A stretch of 64,000 nt of DNA from Dicyema japonicum (GCA_011109175.1 RDEW01000046.1:263545-327544), one strand, 5' to 3'. Counted from the first letter of the stretch, positions 22,850 through 35,640 are shown. Numbers and translations: made by a program. The notes: generated from the letters alone by a model not told the origin.

Positions 22850-24370
22850 AACACTTGGAACCATTTGAAGGAATTCACAGACACCTGAATCAAAACATCA
22901 CGCATTACGAAGTCGTTTCAGTCTTGGGTAAGCTCAAGAATGGCAGAGCCCCTGGACCTGACAACATGGGTGCAGAATTATTGAAATACGCGTCAAACAG
23001 GGTGGCTGAATTAATCTGCACAGTCCTGAACAGGACGTTCAAATGTCACAGTCCATTTGATGCGAGGAATGGCACCTTGATTCCAATTCAGAAACCTGGA
23101 AAGGAAAGAGGCAATCTAAACAGTCTACGCACGATTACACTAATGAATACGATAAGGAAAATACTCTCCCTTGTGCTGGATCTCATTTCAGGACCCGTAA
23201 ATGAGTTCCTGAACCTAAGTCAAAGTGGATTCAGACCTGGAAGATCGACAGCAGACGTTGTATGGAACCACATATGGATGTGTGCAATGTGCCGAAACAC
23301 AAAGAAGAAATCTCAATCCTTGGAATTGACCTATCTAGTGCTTTCAACACTATCAACCGCAAAAAGCTAATGCACATACTGGAAAGTATTCTAGACGAGG
23401 ATGCATCACCTATGATCAGATTTTTACTCTCCAACACATCGCTATCAGTGTGCGTGGGAAATTATAACTCAATAAGGTTTAAAACCGATACAGCGCGCCA
23501 TAGGGAGAGTCGTTATTCCCGGTCCTATTCATAATATACATGGAGGCAGCTCTAAGACCTTTCCGGGAAAAGAACTGTTTCACTAACGTGATGGAAGTAA
23601 TCTCCGCCATGATATTGATGGAAACTATACTAAAAGTGATCCCTCAAGGTTTGGAGGACTGGTCCTTGATAGTAAACCCGGACAAAACGGAAAGAACTAG
23701 CATATCCCGTTGCACGACGAGAAACGAGGAAAAGTGAAGAACATGCAAGAAAGTTGGATCTCTCCTCGGGGACTCGGAGGACGTTATTCACAGGAAAGTT
23801 ATGGCGGCTGCTTCTTTCAAAAAATTGTGGGCGATCTGGATGCGACGAAAGTACATAGGTACTCGCCTTCAAATTCGGTTGTACAAATCCTTTATAGAAC
23901 TAATTCTACTTTATAACGCGGGGACCTGGGGCCTAACCACCAAATAACTGGAAAACCTCAACTCTTTCCACAGAAAACAACTGCGACTTCTTCTGGGAGT
24001 CTACTGGCCAAAACAGATAACCAACGATGAACTATATAGAATTACTCAAACAGTAAAGATTGGGAATAAAGCTATTTCTGCGAAATGGCAGTTCTTTGGA
24101 CATATCCTAAGAGCTTCGGAAATGACACCGGCCAATCAGGCCATGGAATAATACTTTTCTGTATTAAACAAAACAACGTATCGAGGTCGACAAAACTCAC
24201 TTCATAGAAAGAAAACTGAAAACAGGAGAGGATCTGGATGATCTGAGGGCGGTTGCGAGAAACAGGGGAGGATGGAAAAGACATACAGCCCGTACCCTGA
24301 GATGGAATCTCAAATTCTCAAATTAATTAACTTTTCTGGTTCCTCAGCATTGCTATTAATAATAATACGT
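22850..24370 (+). mobile_element. Degenerate 5'-truncated RTE
   Basis: LKNGRAPGPDNM, QSGFRPGRSTAD, GIDLSSAF and LLYNAGTW. (TAA)n tail at about 24355-24368. Confidence 0.85.
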
Positions 24371-24793
24371 CACGTAGAGATTTGAACATATTGACAAATT
24401 AGCAACATTTTTGTCAAAAACATACCTTTTACAAATCCTTCCATAATCTTAGGAACATTGCTTGAAGATTCAATGAATCTGAAAATTTTTTCCCACTATG
24501 ACTCCAGAGACTTTTTTGGAAATCCACTGTTCTGTCATTATATGAGGTTTTTTTCAAAATTTTCCTATGAAATAAATAGGCCTCACGCATAGGATGGTTC
24601 GACGTACTGTTTTTATATAGAATTCAGGAGTAAATGGTAATAAAGTCAATTCCGGTCAATTTCTTAATTTTTTTAAATAGAGTCATCTGAAGATTATAGG
24701 TGAAATGAGGGATCACTTAATTATTATTTCAAATTATTAATGTTTAATAAATAATTTGAAATAAGTTCCCGAGTTGATATTAGTTTGTGGTGA

Positions 24794-25953
24794 ATGGATA
24801 AGTTTGAATCATATCCCTGGTTGTCGAATATAATAATTAATAGGATAGAGAAATACAGACCTGACTTTTCAGAATTATCACTTCAATCCAATATAAGTCA
24901 CACAAGTATAATTATATATTACTTGAGTAAAAAAACTGATTGATAAAAATGAGTTACCTCATCTTCTCTTTTATGGACCATCGGGAACAGGAAAGACAAG
25001 CACAGCATTGGCTATTACTCACAGTCTTTTCTCTAATGAAGAAAGAAGTGGAATGACTTTAGAATTGAATGCTTCAGATGACAGAGGAATTGATGTTATT
25101 CGTAATGAAATATTCAGTTTTGTCAGTACAAAATCACTTTTTGGGTTATACTTTTTGTTATCTAAGTAATAAAATAAAGTTTATAATCCTTGATGAGGCA
25201 GATTCAATGACCAAAGACGCACAGAATGCTCTTAGACGAAGTAATATTTGATATAACTCAAAAGTAATCGAGGATTATTCCTCCAATGCTAGATTCTGCA
25301 TTTTGTGTAATTACGTCTCTAAGATAATTCCCCCAATTCAATCCCGTTGTATGCGATTTAGGTTTGGAAGGATCTCTCACCTTATTGTTAAGCAAAAACT
25401 ATCAAAAATATCCACCATGGAATCGTATTATAAATCATTTATATGCAGGGTAATTCTCATGGATAACGCGTATGATGCCATTGTACGACTCTCACAAGGA
25501 GATTTGCGAAAGGCTATTAATATTTTGCAGAGTGTCTGCATGTCTGTTTCAAAAGACTCTGAAATATCTGAGGATGATATCTACATGTGTACTGCACATC
25601 CAAGTCCAACAGAGATTACTAGAATCATGGGGATTATTCTGAATAAGAGTGTTACCTCAGCCTCCAGAGGTTATTTTGTTGCTCACATCAGAAGTTTGGG
25701 AGTGGATGACTCAGCAGAGTGTTTCTTTGGCTGACATTCTTTCTGAGATTTATATTTTCATGAAAAAAAGTATTATTGGGGTTATTTTAGTCAATTTGGA
25801 GAATAGTAAAAGAATTGATTTGAATGTAAAACTAAGTGAGATTGAGTTGTAGTTTGTATAATCTGTAGATACAGAGTGGCAATTGGGACAAATGATAAAA
25901 TACAACTTGGGTCACTTATTTCAGCATTTCAACTTGTTAGAAGTTTTGATTAA
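24794..25953 (+). CDS. RFC5: Replication factor C subunit 5 (yeast Rfc3 type)
   Basis: PWIEKYRP, HLLFYGPSGTGKT, LELNASDDRGIDVIR, ILDEADSMT, IQSRC and C-terminal GTNDKIQLGSLISAF. Seven micro-introns. Confidence 0.93.
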
Positions 25954-26095
25954 TTTGGTTTATTCAATAAAAGACTGTATTAATAAAACATGTCACTCGG
26001 GAGATGGGAAATTTCATTATTTTTTCTTACCTTGTAAATCTCCTCCAATCTTTTACTTTTATAGATATAAGGCCGTGTTTTCTCACTATTTGTTA

Positions 26096-27164
26096 TCATA
26101 AATGCAACCTGTCCGTGAATGCTTTGCATATTCCATCCCTCAAATTTTTATTCTTATAAATTTTATTTTTGTCGTCGTTTCCAGGCAGAAGCATTTTTGG
26201 GGAAGAACACATTGTTGGCATATTTGAATATTGATCACGTGGGTAGACATCAGTGAGGTTTTTCAAATATGGTCTTATGCATATAAAGAAATTACAGATT
26301 CATATTTTTCCTCCATGGTTTCCACGTAAGCCCTCTATAGTCTAGTGGATTTGTGCTTTTCCGAATGAAGGAATCTCAACAAGACGATCTCTTTTAGTGT
26401 AATCAACTTTTGGAATAGAACTTATTATTGAGGAAACGGCTTTACAACAAATTTTATGGTCTTATTAAGATAAATTGAACCTTTTCTTTTAAATTATCGT
26501 GTTTTGAGAAAATTTTCCTGGGAAATCATTTTTTTGGCCCTCCATACTGATATCCTTAAAATTCTAAGGAATTGTAAAATTGTACTTTTCGCAGTGCTGA
26601 TTTGAGAATATTTTTGCCAATTCCAAAGCATTATTACCAAAGTAATCTGTCTTAAGAACATTACAGTCAAGTAAAAGGAGTTTATTGATTATATTAAGAC
26701 ATCCTTCCATTGCTGCCTGATGTAAGGGGGTTGTTCCGTCAGAATTAATGCTAAGGTCACAAATAATTCAACCAGTAAGGATCAGCTTTGTTATCTATAA
26801 GAAAGTCGAAACATTTGTCAGCCATGTCACCAATTTCTGAATTAATACATAAATGAAGAGCTCTCCACTCACAAGAAGAAGCAATGTTTACATCAATTTT
26901 GTACTTATTTACGAAAAGATCAAGACAATTCAATCGTCCATTCAAGGCTGCAATATGGAATGGGTGAAATCCCTTATATGTTATTTATATAACAACATTT
27001 TCATCAAAAGTATTAAGTCTATGAGAAGGTTTAGTCCCTAAATATCGTTCAATCCAGACAGTATCTCCAATAGAGGCAGCCATAAATAGCTCCCCTCTCT
27101 CATCTGAGTCAAGTTTGTTGCTGTTTTTAACAGAAAACTTTGTCAAACGATTTAATTTGTTCAT
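26096..27164 (-). CDS. ANKRD53: Ankyrin-repeat protein, ANKRD53-like
   Basis: GFHPFHIAALNGRLNCL...KYKIDVN...ALHLCI...GTTPLHQAA...ELAKIF follows the ANKRD53 repeat pattern as recalled. C-terminal exon boundaries and stop are less certain. Confidence 0.65.
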
Positions 27165-27629
27165 CTATTAATAATATTATTACGTTGCCTTGGTGACAAT
27201 TTTATTATTTCTAATTTCATGTAAAATTTGTTGTCAATTTGAGTAACTCGAAAGTGACTCACAATGGAAGGAATTCAGGGTTGGCGAAACAACCAAATTT
27301 TGAAAGGCATTTTACTTAAAGTGAATACTAGTCTTTTTCTAATCTTAGTACCTTTTTTATTTTAAACTTTTTAGAAATCTACTTATCCCAAGCAAGCCGT
27401 TATAAGCGGCTAAATGTAACTAACTACGCGAAAAATTTAACACATATTATCAATATTTGTATACAATTCAAAAAGCAAAAGAATTTATAATTCATTTATT
27501 AACGAATATTTAAAATGAAATTGATTCACAAAATTTTACACTATATAAGGCATATTATTTGTTAAATAATACTAATTTAAGGAAGATTCTTGTAAAATTG
27601 GAGAATATGATGCAAAGGAATGAAAGCAA

Positions 27630-27800
27630 TTGTGGAATCAACAGAGAAGTAATTTCTCCCATTGTTAACGGAATTCCAGGCAACATCTTATGAAGTGGAG
27701 AACTCATTTCGATTCTTTACAAAATTTTAACGAAAGATAGAAAATTCCTACCCGAAAATGTAAAATTATCTAATTTTGTGTTTGAGCAAATAAAATCAAA
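27630..27800 (+). mobile_element. hAT transposase dimerisation-domain remnant
   Basis: WNQQRSNF..LLTEFQATSYEVENSF resembles W...FP.L...PATS..SER.FS, with stops. Confidence 0.4.
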
Positions 27801-27979
27801 TCAACTTTTCATTTTTAGGGCAATTTAATTGATTTTTAAGGTCAATTTTTTGATTCAAAAGGCAACTTTGCTGTTGTCTTAATGATTATCAAATTCTCTA
27901 GATTTAGCATGCCATTTTATTTTTGAACCATCCAGAATGTTTTTCATTCATATATATATATTTTAAGAATTTTGTATAA

Positions 27980-28970
27980 CCGTAGAGTGAATTCCATAAA
28001 AGCCATCGCGTCATTCTAGGTTCACCCTTCCGCTTCTCTGCAAGCCGTCCGATTAACCTGATAAACTAGAGATGCCCAATAAAGCTAGACGTCTCAACAA
28101 AAATCGACTGGAAAACGAATAGGTTTACGATGCCGTAGTACTTTCTCCTTTTCAAATCTTCAGCAGTGCTCGCTACAGAACCCGGGCGCAACGATGACTT
28201 GAGCAAATTACCATTATAGAAAGTGTCCGTGCACGTTGAATCCCAAGCAAGCCACCTCCCTTGGCTCCATAATCGAGGCGTCTTCACCAATCATTCTGTC
28301 ATCGTATTAAGAAGGGCCGAGATAACGTGGTCAATAGTAATGGGGAAAAGGAGAGGTTCAGACAGATCACCTTGCTGAAAATTAGACGAAGATTCGAAAA
28401 CATGTTCACCGAAGACAACCGAACTTTCAAATCCGTAAGAAAGATAGACAAATTTGGCTATTTTAGGTGTCCCAGAAACGCAAAACTCCAGCATGCAGAC
28501 ACGCCTGATAGAATTAGCTTCACAAGTAGTTTGCGCTCTCTGGGATTACAGAAAAAGGCAAACAAGCGTGTGATAAATGGTAGCCTCACATCGATGATGG
28601 ACATAAATTACCATTTAGGTTGGAAACATAGCCTCACTCAACAATTACATACAAGTTTCACTAAAATTTTTGATGCTAAACGTTTGAAGAAATTTCCAAT
28701 GGCAATTGGATGAATACCACCGTTCGGTTTGTTAAATGCGAGTAAAAGAGCACTGAAGAAAAGGTTCCTCGTGAAATGGTTGATGGCACCACTGATTAGT
28801 CTGTTGACCAAATTTGTAATAGATCTTATTAATTTTCTATTAAGTTTTAAGATGAGATCTTTTACAAGCTCAATCGTAAACCATCAATCCCGCCGCTGCT
28901 GGAGCTGCGGAAAGATTGAATTTTGTTAATAACTGACTCCTTTGAAATAAAAGTCACGGAAGACTATTTC
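27980..28970 (-). mobile_element. CRE-clade retrotransposon remnant with internal deletions
   Basis: GAINHFTRNLFFSALLAF, QQGDLSEPLLF and WLAWDSTCTDTF...AEDLKRRKY. Confidence 0.8.
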
Positions 28971-29157
28971 AATGAGCTTTCATTCTATGTGGAAACCCCT
29001 CCAGTGGAGTGGGGGAGAGCAAATGATCCTTTTTCGCGCCGACCTGGCACTGGGCGCCACCTAGACAGGTGGATCACGTGACGCCACTCTAATAGGAAGA
29101 GAGGAGGAACAGACGAGTAAAACAGAAACTTCAATCAATTAGCCACGAAGCACACAT

Positions 29158-29845
29158 GGCGCCACGCGGCTATTTTTTTCCTCTCTCATCACCTGTCTCC
29201 AAACCTAAGGGTTTCAGTTTATTTTATTTTTATTTTATTATTTTATTTAACACCCAAGACCACGGTAAAACCAAAACTAACTATCACGTGATCCCGATGC
29301 GCTCCGCCAAAATCCTCATTCTTTCCCGGTGCTCCTCCCTCGTACTCACACAAGCTCGTACTGGGCGGCTGACTATTTGCAGGGCCACCTTCCCGCATGC
29401 CGGAGTTTTGTTTAATGAGGGCCTCCAGAGTAGTCGGTCCGGTTCTGTGTCTCCCACAAGACCATCGATCCGTCATTCTGAAAGCCTTCTTTTGAACGTC
29501 CTCGATTTTCTTAGTGTTCGTCCATGATAATGAAGGTCCCACGAAGCACACGCGTACGAGATGCATGGTTCGATGTATTGCTTGTAAATGTTCATCAAGA
29601 CTGGGTGGGTACCTGTCTTCCATATTCCAGATAAACATTTTAATACATTGATCCTCTTCTCGCACTTCAGAACAATGTTTGCCACGTGTGGTGACAAACA
29701 TAGGTGTGTATGTAGTGTCACACCCAGGATCTTCTGACATTTGGTGAAGGGGATTTCAATGTTGTCCAATTTTAACTTGACAGTCATCTTCCCCAACCTT
29801 TTGTCCGAAGTAAACATAGACGTGACCGACTTTCTGGAATTAACC
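29158..29845 (-). mobile_element. 5'-truncated LINE, near-identical to 10040-10710
   Basis: Near-identical nucleotide run, including the 3' stem-loop, the tail and about 57 bp beyond it. Confidence 0.9.
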
Positions 29846-29970
29846 AGGGAGTGTGGGTTCTGAGGGCTCGTTACATTTATAAATGACTGTATTAAAATGT
29901 TGTTTTTATTAACTTTAATATTTTATTAAATAACAAACATTGCAAAATTAATAGCGTGGTGTAGTTAGCA

Positions 29971-31110
29971 ATGGTTGACAGTACTAAACAAACTAGTTCT
30001 GATATGCTTCCAACAGTTATCCTCGTTGTAGGAATGGCTGGATCTGGAAAACTACATTCATTAATGTTTGTTCAATTTAACAATTTCAGATGTTGAGCGA
30101 CAAGCTTACACTAGAAGAGAAATCTCCTTATATAATAAATTTGGACCCTGCCGTATTAACCCCATACACTCCTATATTGGTGAAATAGCTTGTTTATCTT
30201 AGACATTCGTGACAATGTTTCATACACTAAAGTTAGACAAGACTACAACTTAGGTCCAAATGGAGCTATTGTTACTTCTTTTAAATTTATACGCTACAAG
30301 ATTTGATCAGGTTTATATTATATTATTGTTAGATTATAAAACTGATTGAGGATAAAAAGGGAAAATATAAGTATTTGTTGTTGTCATTTTGATATGTTTT
30401 GATTGACACTCCTGGACAGATAGAAGTCTTCACGTGGTCTGCTTCTGGGACAATAATTACTGATCTGCTAGTACTATCTTAATAATTTAGGCCTTTTCTT
30501 TCCCTACGTGTGTATTTTACATAACTGACTCTCGAATGAGCAGTAACCCAATAACATTTATGAGTAACATGTTGTATACTTGCTCGATTATGTATAAATT
30601 TGGTCTACCTTTTCTGTTGTGTTTAAATAAAGTTAGTATTATGTGAATTGTAGTGTGACTTGGCTGGCAGTGAGCTGGTCTCTAAATGGATTAAGAACTT
30701 TGAATTATACAGTGATGCTTTGGAAGAAGATCCTTCCTATGCTGCAAACTTAAGTAGATCACTTAGTTTTGTCTTGGATAAGTTTTATGAGGCTGTGGAG
30801 GTATTAATTTGGTTATTATTAGACTGTTTCTGTTTCTTCCACTGTAGGAACTGGTTTTGAGGATATAGTCTTTATCATTGATAAACTCAGACATCTTTAT
30901 TTTTCGTTATTGCTTATCTTTATTGTAGTGAATATGTTCCTCATTACAAAAAAACAAAGATGAATAGAAAGGGCATGGGTTTTTCTTATTTATATTTCAG
31001 TGGACTCTATTGAGGTTGGAGGCGTTGACGAGGATGAGTTTGAAGGAGTTAATGAAGACCAAGATGATGTTTTGGATTCTCAATTTGAAAAGAGAATGAA
31101 TTTAAATTGA
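29971..31110 (+). CDS. GPN1: GPN-loop GTPase 1; this sequence carries three small lesions
   Basis: [46 protein letters not shown] and acidic tail. Lesions: frame slip near 30174, extra T near 30281, acceptor reading TG near 30391. Confidence 0.9.
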
Positions 31111-31339
31111 TTTTTAATTTTGTTTAATATGTCAAACCTTTATTGTTGTTCATGAATTTTGTAGAGGATGCAAAATCCGAGAATTTGGTTGTCTTATATA
31201 CTTTGTCGCATGTAGGGACAAATGACTACAATGGATTTTGAATAAAGAAAAAATATTTATTATATAGAAATAACAGGGCGACCACGTCGATTCTCTTGAG
31301 TATTAGTTTTGTTTTCCAATGAAAAAATAAAATTCCTCA

Positions 31340-31420
31340 CCTAAGATGATGGCTTGTTGAGCGCATTTTCATACAAATTGTAAAAGGGATCGCGTTCTCA
31401 ATCACAAGAACTGCACATTA
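31340..31420 (+). mobile_element. CRE C-terminal tip
   Basis: WLVERIFIQIVKG matches WLIERIFLQIVRG of the copy at 5.4 kb. Confidence 0.5.
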
Positions 31421-31474
31421 TTTTATGACGCATTGGAATTTAATAAAAAATTTGATATTCCAAAAACATAAAAT

Positions 31475-31630
31475 TGCATAGACCACGGTAACACCAAACT
31501 AACTACTTACGTGGTCTCGGCACGCCTCAACAGAGAACTCAACTTGACCCGATCTTCCTCCTTCGAGCCCACAAAGGCACATATCGACCATATAACTGGA
31601 TGTTCTTGATTGTGGTAACACTGGTAATAT
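31475..31630 (-). mobile_element. Short LINE 3'-end copy
   Basis: GAGACCAC...GTGGTCTA stem with the family loop (tagttagtttggt). Confidence 0.6.
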
Positions 31631-31705
31631 TCAACAAATTTATTTTTCTTCACATGTTCGATTAATTTTTAAGTTTAATAGAATAATTAGTTTATTAATA
31701 ATTAG

Positions 31706-32289
31706 TTATTGTTGGACCATTCGTTTCTTACGGTCATTAAGTTCTGATTGGTAGCCATCCTTCATAGTATCAGTCATGTAACATAGAATAGCATTCCAAG
31801 CCTCTTTTGTTGAATCGTTATAATTTTCCTTCAATTCATGTCGCCACACAAATTGAAAAGCTTCAATAAAGACATCCCAATATGCTGGTTTGAATCCTTT
31901 AAAATCAACATGTCTCCTTCCTAATCCGAAAAGTAGAGGTCTCAGAGTAGCATCAAGGTCATTAATATTAACCACAGCTGCATTGACTGCCTGCATGAAT
32001 CTTGAAGCGTGAATTATGAATTCATCGTCAGAAGCCAAATCCCCCTCACCTTTGAAAGAAAATAAAGTTTTGAACTCTGGTCTGATTTCAAAAATCCTCA
32101 AAAATATTTTAGTCCCTATTTTTAATAAATCCTTTGATAAATAGGACCATGTTTTGTGGACAATCTAAATTATTTATTTGTTTATACTTTGACTTGTTTT
32201 TCATTAAAGTTCTTTTGTGTTTTTTGATCCCCCATTTTTGGACGTTTCACATGATGGATTGACATATCTGAAGACTGGCTACATCCCAT
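31706..32289 (-). CDS. Globin with N-terminal MGC acylation motif (globin X-like), 2 exons
   Basis: Intron 32165-32187 (23 nt). MGCSQS start, CD1 Phe (LFSF), distal His (HASRFM) and proximal His (LGRRH). Confidence 0.88.
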
Positions 32290-32434
32290 TTAAATTAATC
32301 CTAAATTGTTCACTTAAATAACGTATAATTAATGCTTATTCAAATATTAACAATGTCCAATTTCGTATTTCTTTACAAATTAATTTCATCCTACTATAAT
32401 AATACAAGACGAATGTAAATAAATTATCTAATTT

Positions 32435-32761
32435 CTATTTAAGATATTCATCATAACCAATGGAAATCACCCTCAATTCCTTACAGCAGTTAACTGATAT
32501 CCTTATACTCTCCATATCAAAGTCAGTTGTCTCTTCTCTTCTCCCATCCAATAGGATGCCCTTGGAGCTACCACATGCCAGTTTTACAAGTTGATTGGAA
32601 ACAAATATGAACTTTTTAACACCTTTATCACATGTTTGTGTTTAATTACCGTATTCTCCAGAACTTTCCTCTTGATTAAATTTGATTAATATTGAATCAA
32701 ATAAAAGTTTCCAGATTTGATTCTTCAGCACACTTAATAATAAAAATGTAATCATCTGCAT
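32435..32761 (-). CDS. Putative 99-aa orphan protein, 2 exons
   Basis: One 27-nt GT-AG intron (32623-32649) joins two open frames exactly. No family recognised. Confidence 0.35.
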
Positions 32762-32799
32762 CTTATCATATTTAATAGATCACTTTTAAAAGTTACCAA

Positions 32800-33480
32800 A
32801 GTCAGTCCTCTCCAAAAATTATTTTTGTTAAATACAATCAACAGGATTAAGATGTAACAGGGATGGTCCTTTGGTTGTAAGAAAAAAACAGTGATGGAAA
32901 GCTCAAGAAGAAGCTATCTGACGGCCTTGGGGTAAAGTACTTCAAAAGAGATAATTACTTCTTCTCTAAGAAGGGACAAGCTTGGTGTCTTCTTGATTTC
33001 TCTACTATTACAGAATACGCGGATGTACCGATTTATCTACCGGATATTGGTAGAGACCACATTCCGCTAATATACGTAAATCTGAGAATGATTAAGGAAC
33101 CTGGAGTCTTTGCCGGGTACGACATGAAGAACATAATTTGGCATCACTATAAGATGTTCATTGCAAAGGAGTTGATTCCTTGGTTCTACGATTAGTCAAA
33201 ATTAACTGTACTTTACTTAAATAAAGTGTGTGTCCTGCCTATGCGGAGCTATAAATATTATGGCTCTAGTGAAAAGGCTGTTATTATTATTGAGCTCAAG
33301 ACTCGTCTGGAAATTGATAAAACATGTAAACGAATAACGTACCTGACTTTATACTATCTGAAAAGTTTTGCAAGAAAAATATACTCAAGAACGATGTTGT
33401 CTCTATTCCCTGGCACATCAAGAAGATTGTGTTGAAAAGAAATAATCTAAGGACGCAACTTCATAGTAGTATGCAGTTAA
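32800..33480 (+). mobile_element. Old LINE remnant (APE end and linker) interrupted by a SINE copy
   Basis: DIGRDHIPLI and IPWHIKKIVLKRNNLR. Confidence 0.45.
33174..33291 (+). mobile_element. 3' part of the tRNA-SINE
   Basis: ttccttggttctacgattag...gtgtgtgtcctgcctatgcggagctata...gtgaaaaggctgtta(tta)n matches the reverse complement of 3136-3250. Confidence 0.8.
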
Positions 33481-33499
33481 GTTAATATCATCAAATTCT

Positions 33500-34450
33500 A
33501 ATTGAGACTTTTAGTGGTCAATCGGAAAGGGTTTTAGTCATCTTGTAATTGTTTTTAGGACTGACTTTATTCTTGTATTTTCCGAGTTTTATTTATAAAC
33601 AAGAATCTTAGGCAAAAACACCATAGTTTATCGTTGTTCTGATAAATTTTCTGTTGATAATTGTTAAGTCTCCTTACTCAGATCAAATAGCGTATTCTTC
33701 ACGGCCTGGAAAAACTTGAGCTTTTCTGAGATTATTTGGATACGTATGTAACATGTTTTGTTGGCTTTAGATTCAACTGACAAGAATCAGTAGTTAAGAG
33801 AGTTGAGGTAATTAAGGTCCACCCAGATAGAAATATTATCAAAGTGTGTTTATAGAATTGAAGAAGCAATGACAACACCATGATGACGTGAAGCAAACAT
33901 AATTTTAGCACATAAACGCAATAGTGTATTTGAGTCAGTTGACAAACTTGATAAGTGTAGGTTGAATGAAGGAGAACAGAGCCTTAAAAAACAGTAGTTG
34001 GATATAAAACAAGATTTTCATTTAAATGATCTTCTTACTAAAAGTTTTTGTTGGTGTTCTGTCGAACGGCCTTTTTTGAGACAAAAATTGTTCGCTTTGG
34101 AGGTTTGTGGTTATTAAATCCATTCTTTTAAAATGAGTAAGTTTTAAAAGTCAGTTGTTGAATAGTAAAGAGCACAAATCTCGTGTTGGGATTCGACAAA
34201 TGGAGGGTGCGGTTCGATGAAATACTATTTCCGAACTTTTTGAAACAAAAGGAACATAGAACGGGAAAAGGATGGATCGGAAAGATCGTGTATAGGTTTT
34301 AAAATATCAATTATCGTTGATTTTTTTTCAGAGAATAGGTACCACCGATCCTTGAGTAATTTGGTTTTTGGTTGGTTAAAGCAAAAAAACCCGTTCGGAG
34401 AGAGATTTTTTCAAATTATTATTTGACTAGGTCGTTTAGATCTCTACATT
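33500..34450 (-). mobile_element. Highly degenerate LINE RT remnant
   Basis: Residual KKGRSTEH and HFDNISIW motifs. Confidence 0.35.
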
Positions 34451-34479
34451 CAAGTTTCGAGAGTTAGCAACAAGTTGTA

Positions 34480-35630
34480 TAATTAGGGACATGGAAAATA
34501 TGACTCGTTTATGTTATCGTCAAGTGGTTCTCCTGGAGGCACTCAATGCCAATAGGCTTTAAAAAAGACCATTCTCTCCCCTCCTCGTCACATCCTTGCA
34601 TGGGGTAACTCCTATTATCCTCGGACCAGCTGACTCTCAAATATGTTTGAGATGTTTAGTGACAATTACTCCCGATCTGCCTTCGCCGTTTTTTCAACGT
34701 AGCTTTCTAACTGTAGATCCTCCAAAATGTACCTGAAAAATATATCCCAGTTTATCATGGCTTTAATGCATCAGGGCCCATATGCGAGAAGGAGTTGATT
34801 TTCCATCGATATTCAGAAGGCTTTCGACTCGGTCTCAAAAAATCACCTTACAAAAAAGATCTTTGACTCTAATATTCACCCGAATTTTTAAACTCTGTCT
34901 GGAAAACTTCCTGTCAGGATGTCGTGGAAGCGTATTCCTGGCGAAAAGAGAGATCACGACTGTTTCCAAAAGGAGTTCCACAGTGCTCTCCGCTATCAAT
35001 GGCATTATTTAGTTTTTCCTTGACGATGTCTGACAGATTGACGCCCCAAACAAATTACTCTTGCCCCATGCAGATGCTATCGTCCAAACCTCAAGGAACC
35101 GTTCCACCTCCGTGGGGACCGCAGTAATCCAAGTGTACCTGGATCGTATGATGAATTAGCTCTTATGGAATAAACATTTCTGTGTCATCATCAAAATCTA
35201 CTCTATTCACGTCTGATCGCCTGCTACAAGGATGTTCCCGAAGTATGCCTGGGACATGTGCCTATAGCTGATTCGAAGAACTCTAAAATCCGTGGCATGA
35301 CAAATGAATCATTGATGACCTTCACAAAACATTCCGACCGAATACTAACTAAAGGACTTCAGAAGTTGAATTTCCTCCAGGCAATTGTTGTGAAGAGCCC
35401 TCACCAATTAGAAGATTGCATATGCAAATTATAGTCAAACTATCGTTCCCGCTATAGAATATGCTTGTGTTTCATAGAATTATGCACTCTATGTTGTCGT
35501 TGGTTCCTACAAGAGAAGACAAGGCTTCAAGTGGCAATGGTGGCTTTTTCCGGCTAGCCTCGATCTTCAAGGCATTCGTCCAAGAGATGGATGGGCCCTA
35601 TATACCACATGCATAAGAGATGCACGGTTC
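34480..35630 (+). mobile_element. Degenerate I/Jockey-like LINE RT region
   Basis: DIQKAFDSV and GVPQCSPLS. Confidence 0.6.
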
Positions 35631-35640
35631 AATTAATTGT

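Noticed and set aside
29040-29070. LTR primer-binding site (TGGCGCCC, tRNA-Lys-like)
   Set aside because: Only 8 nt match, with no LTR pair, gag, protease or integrase nearby.
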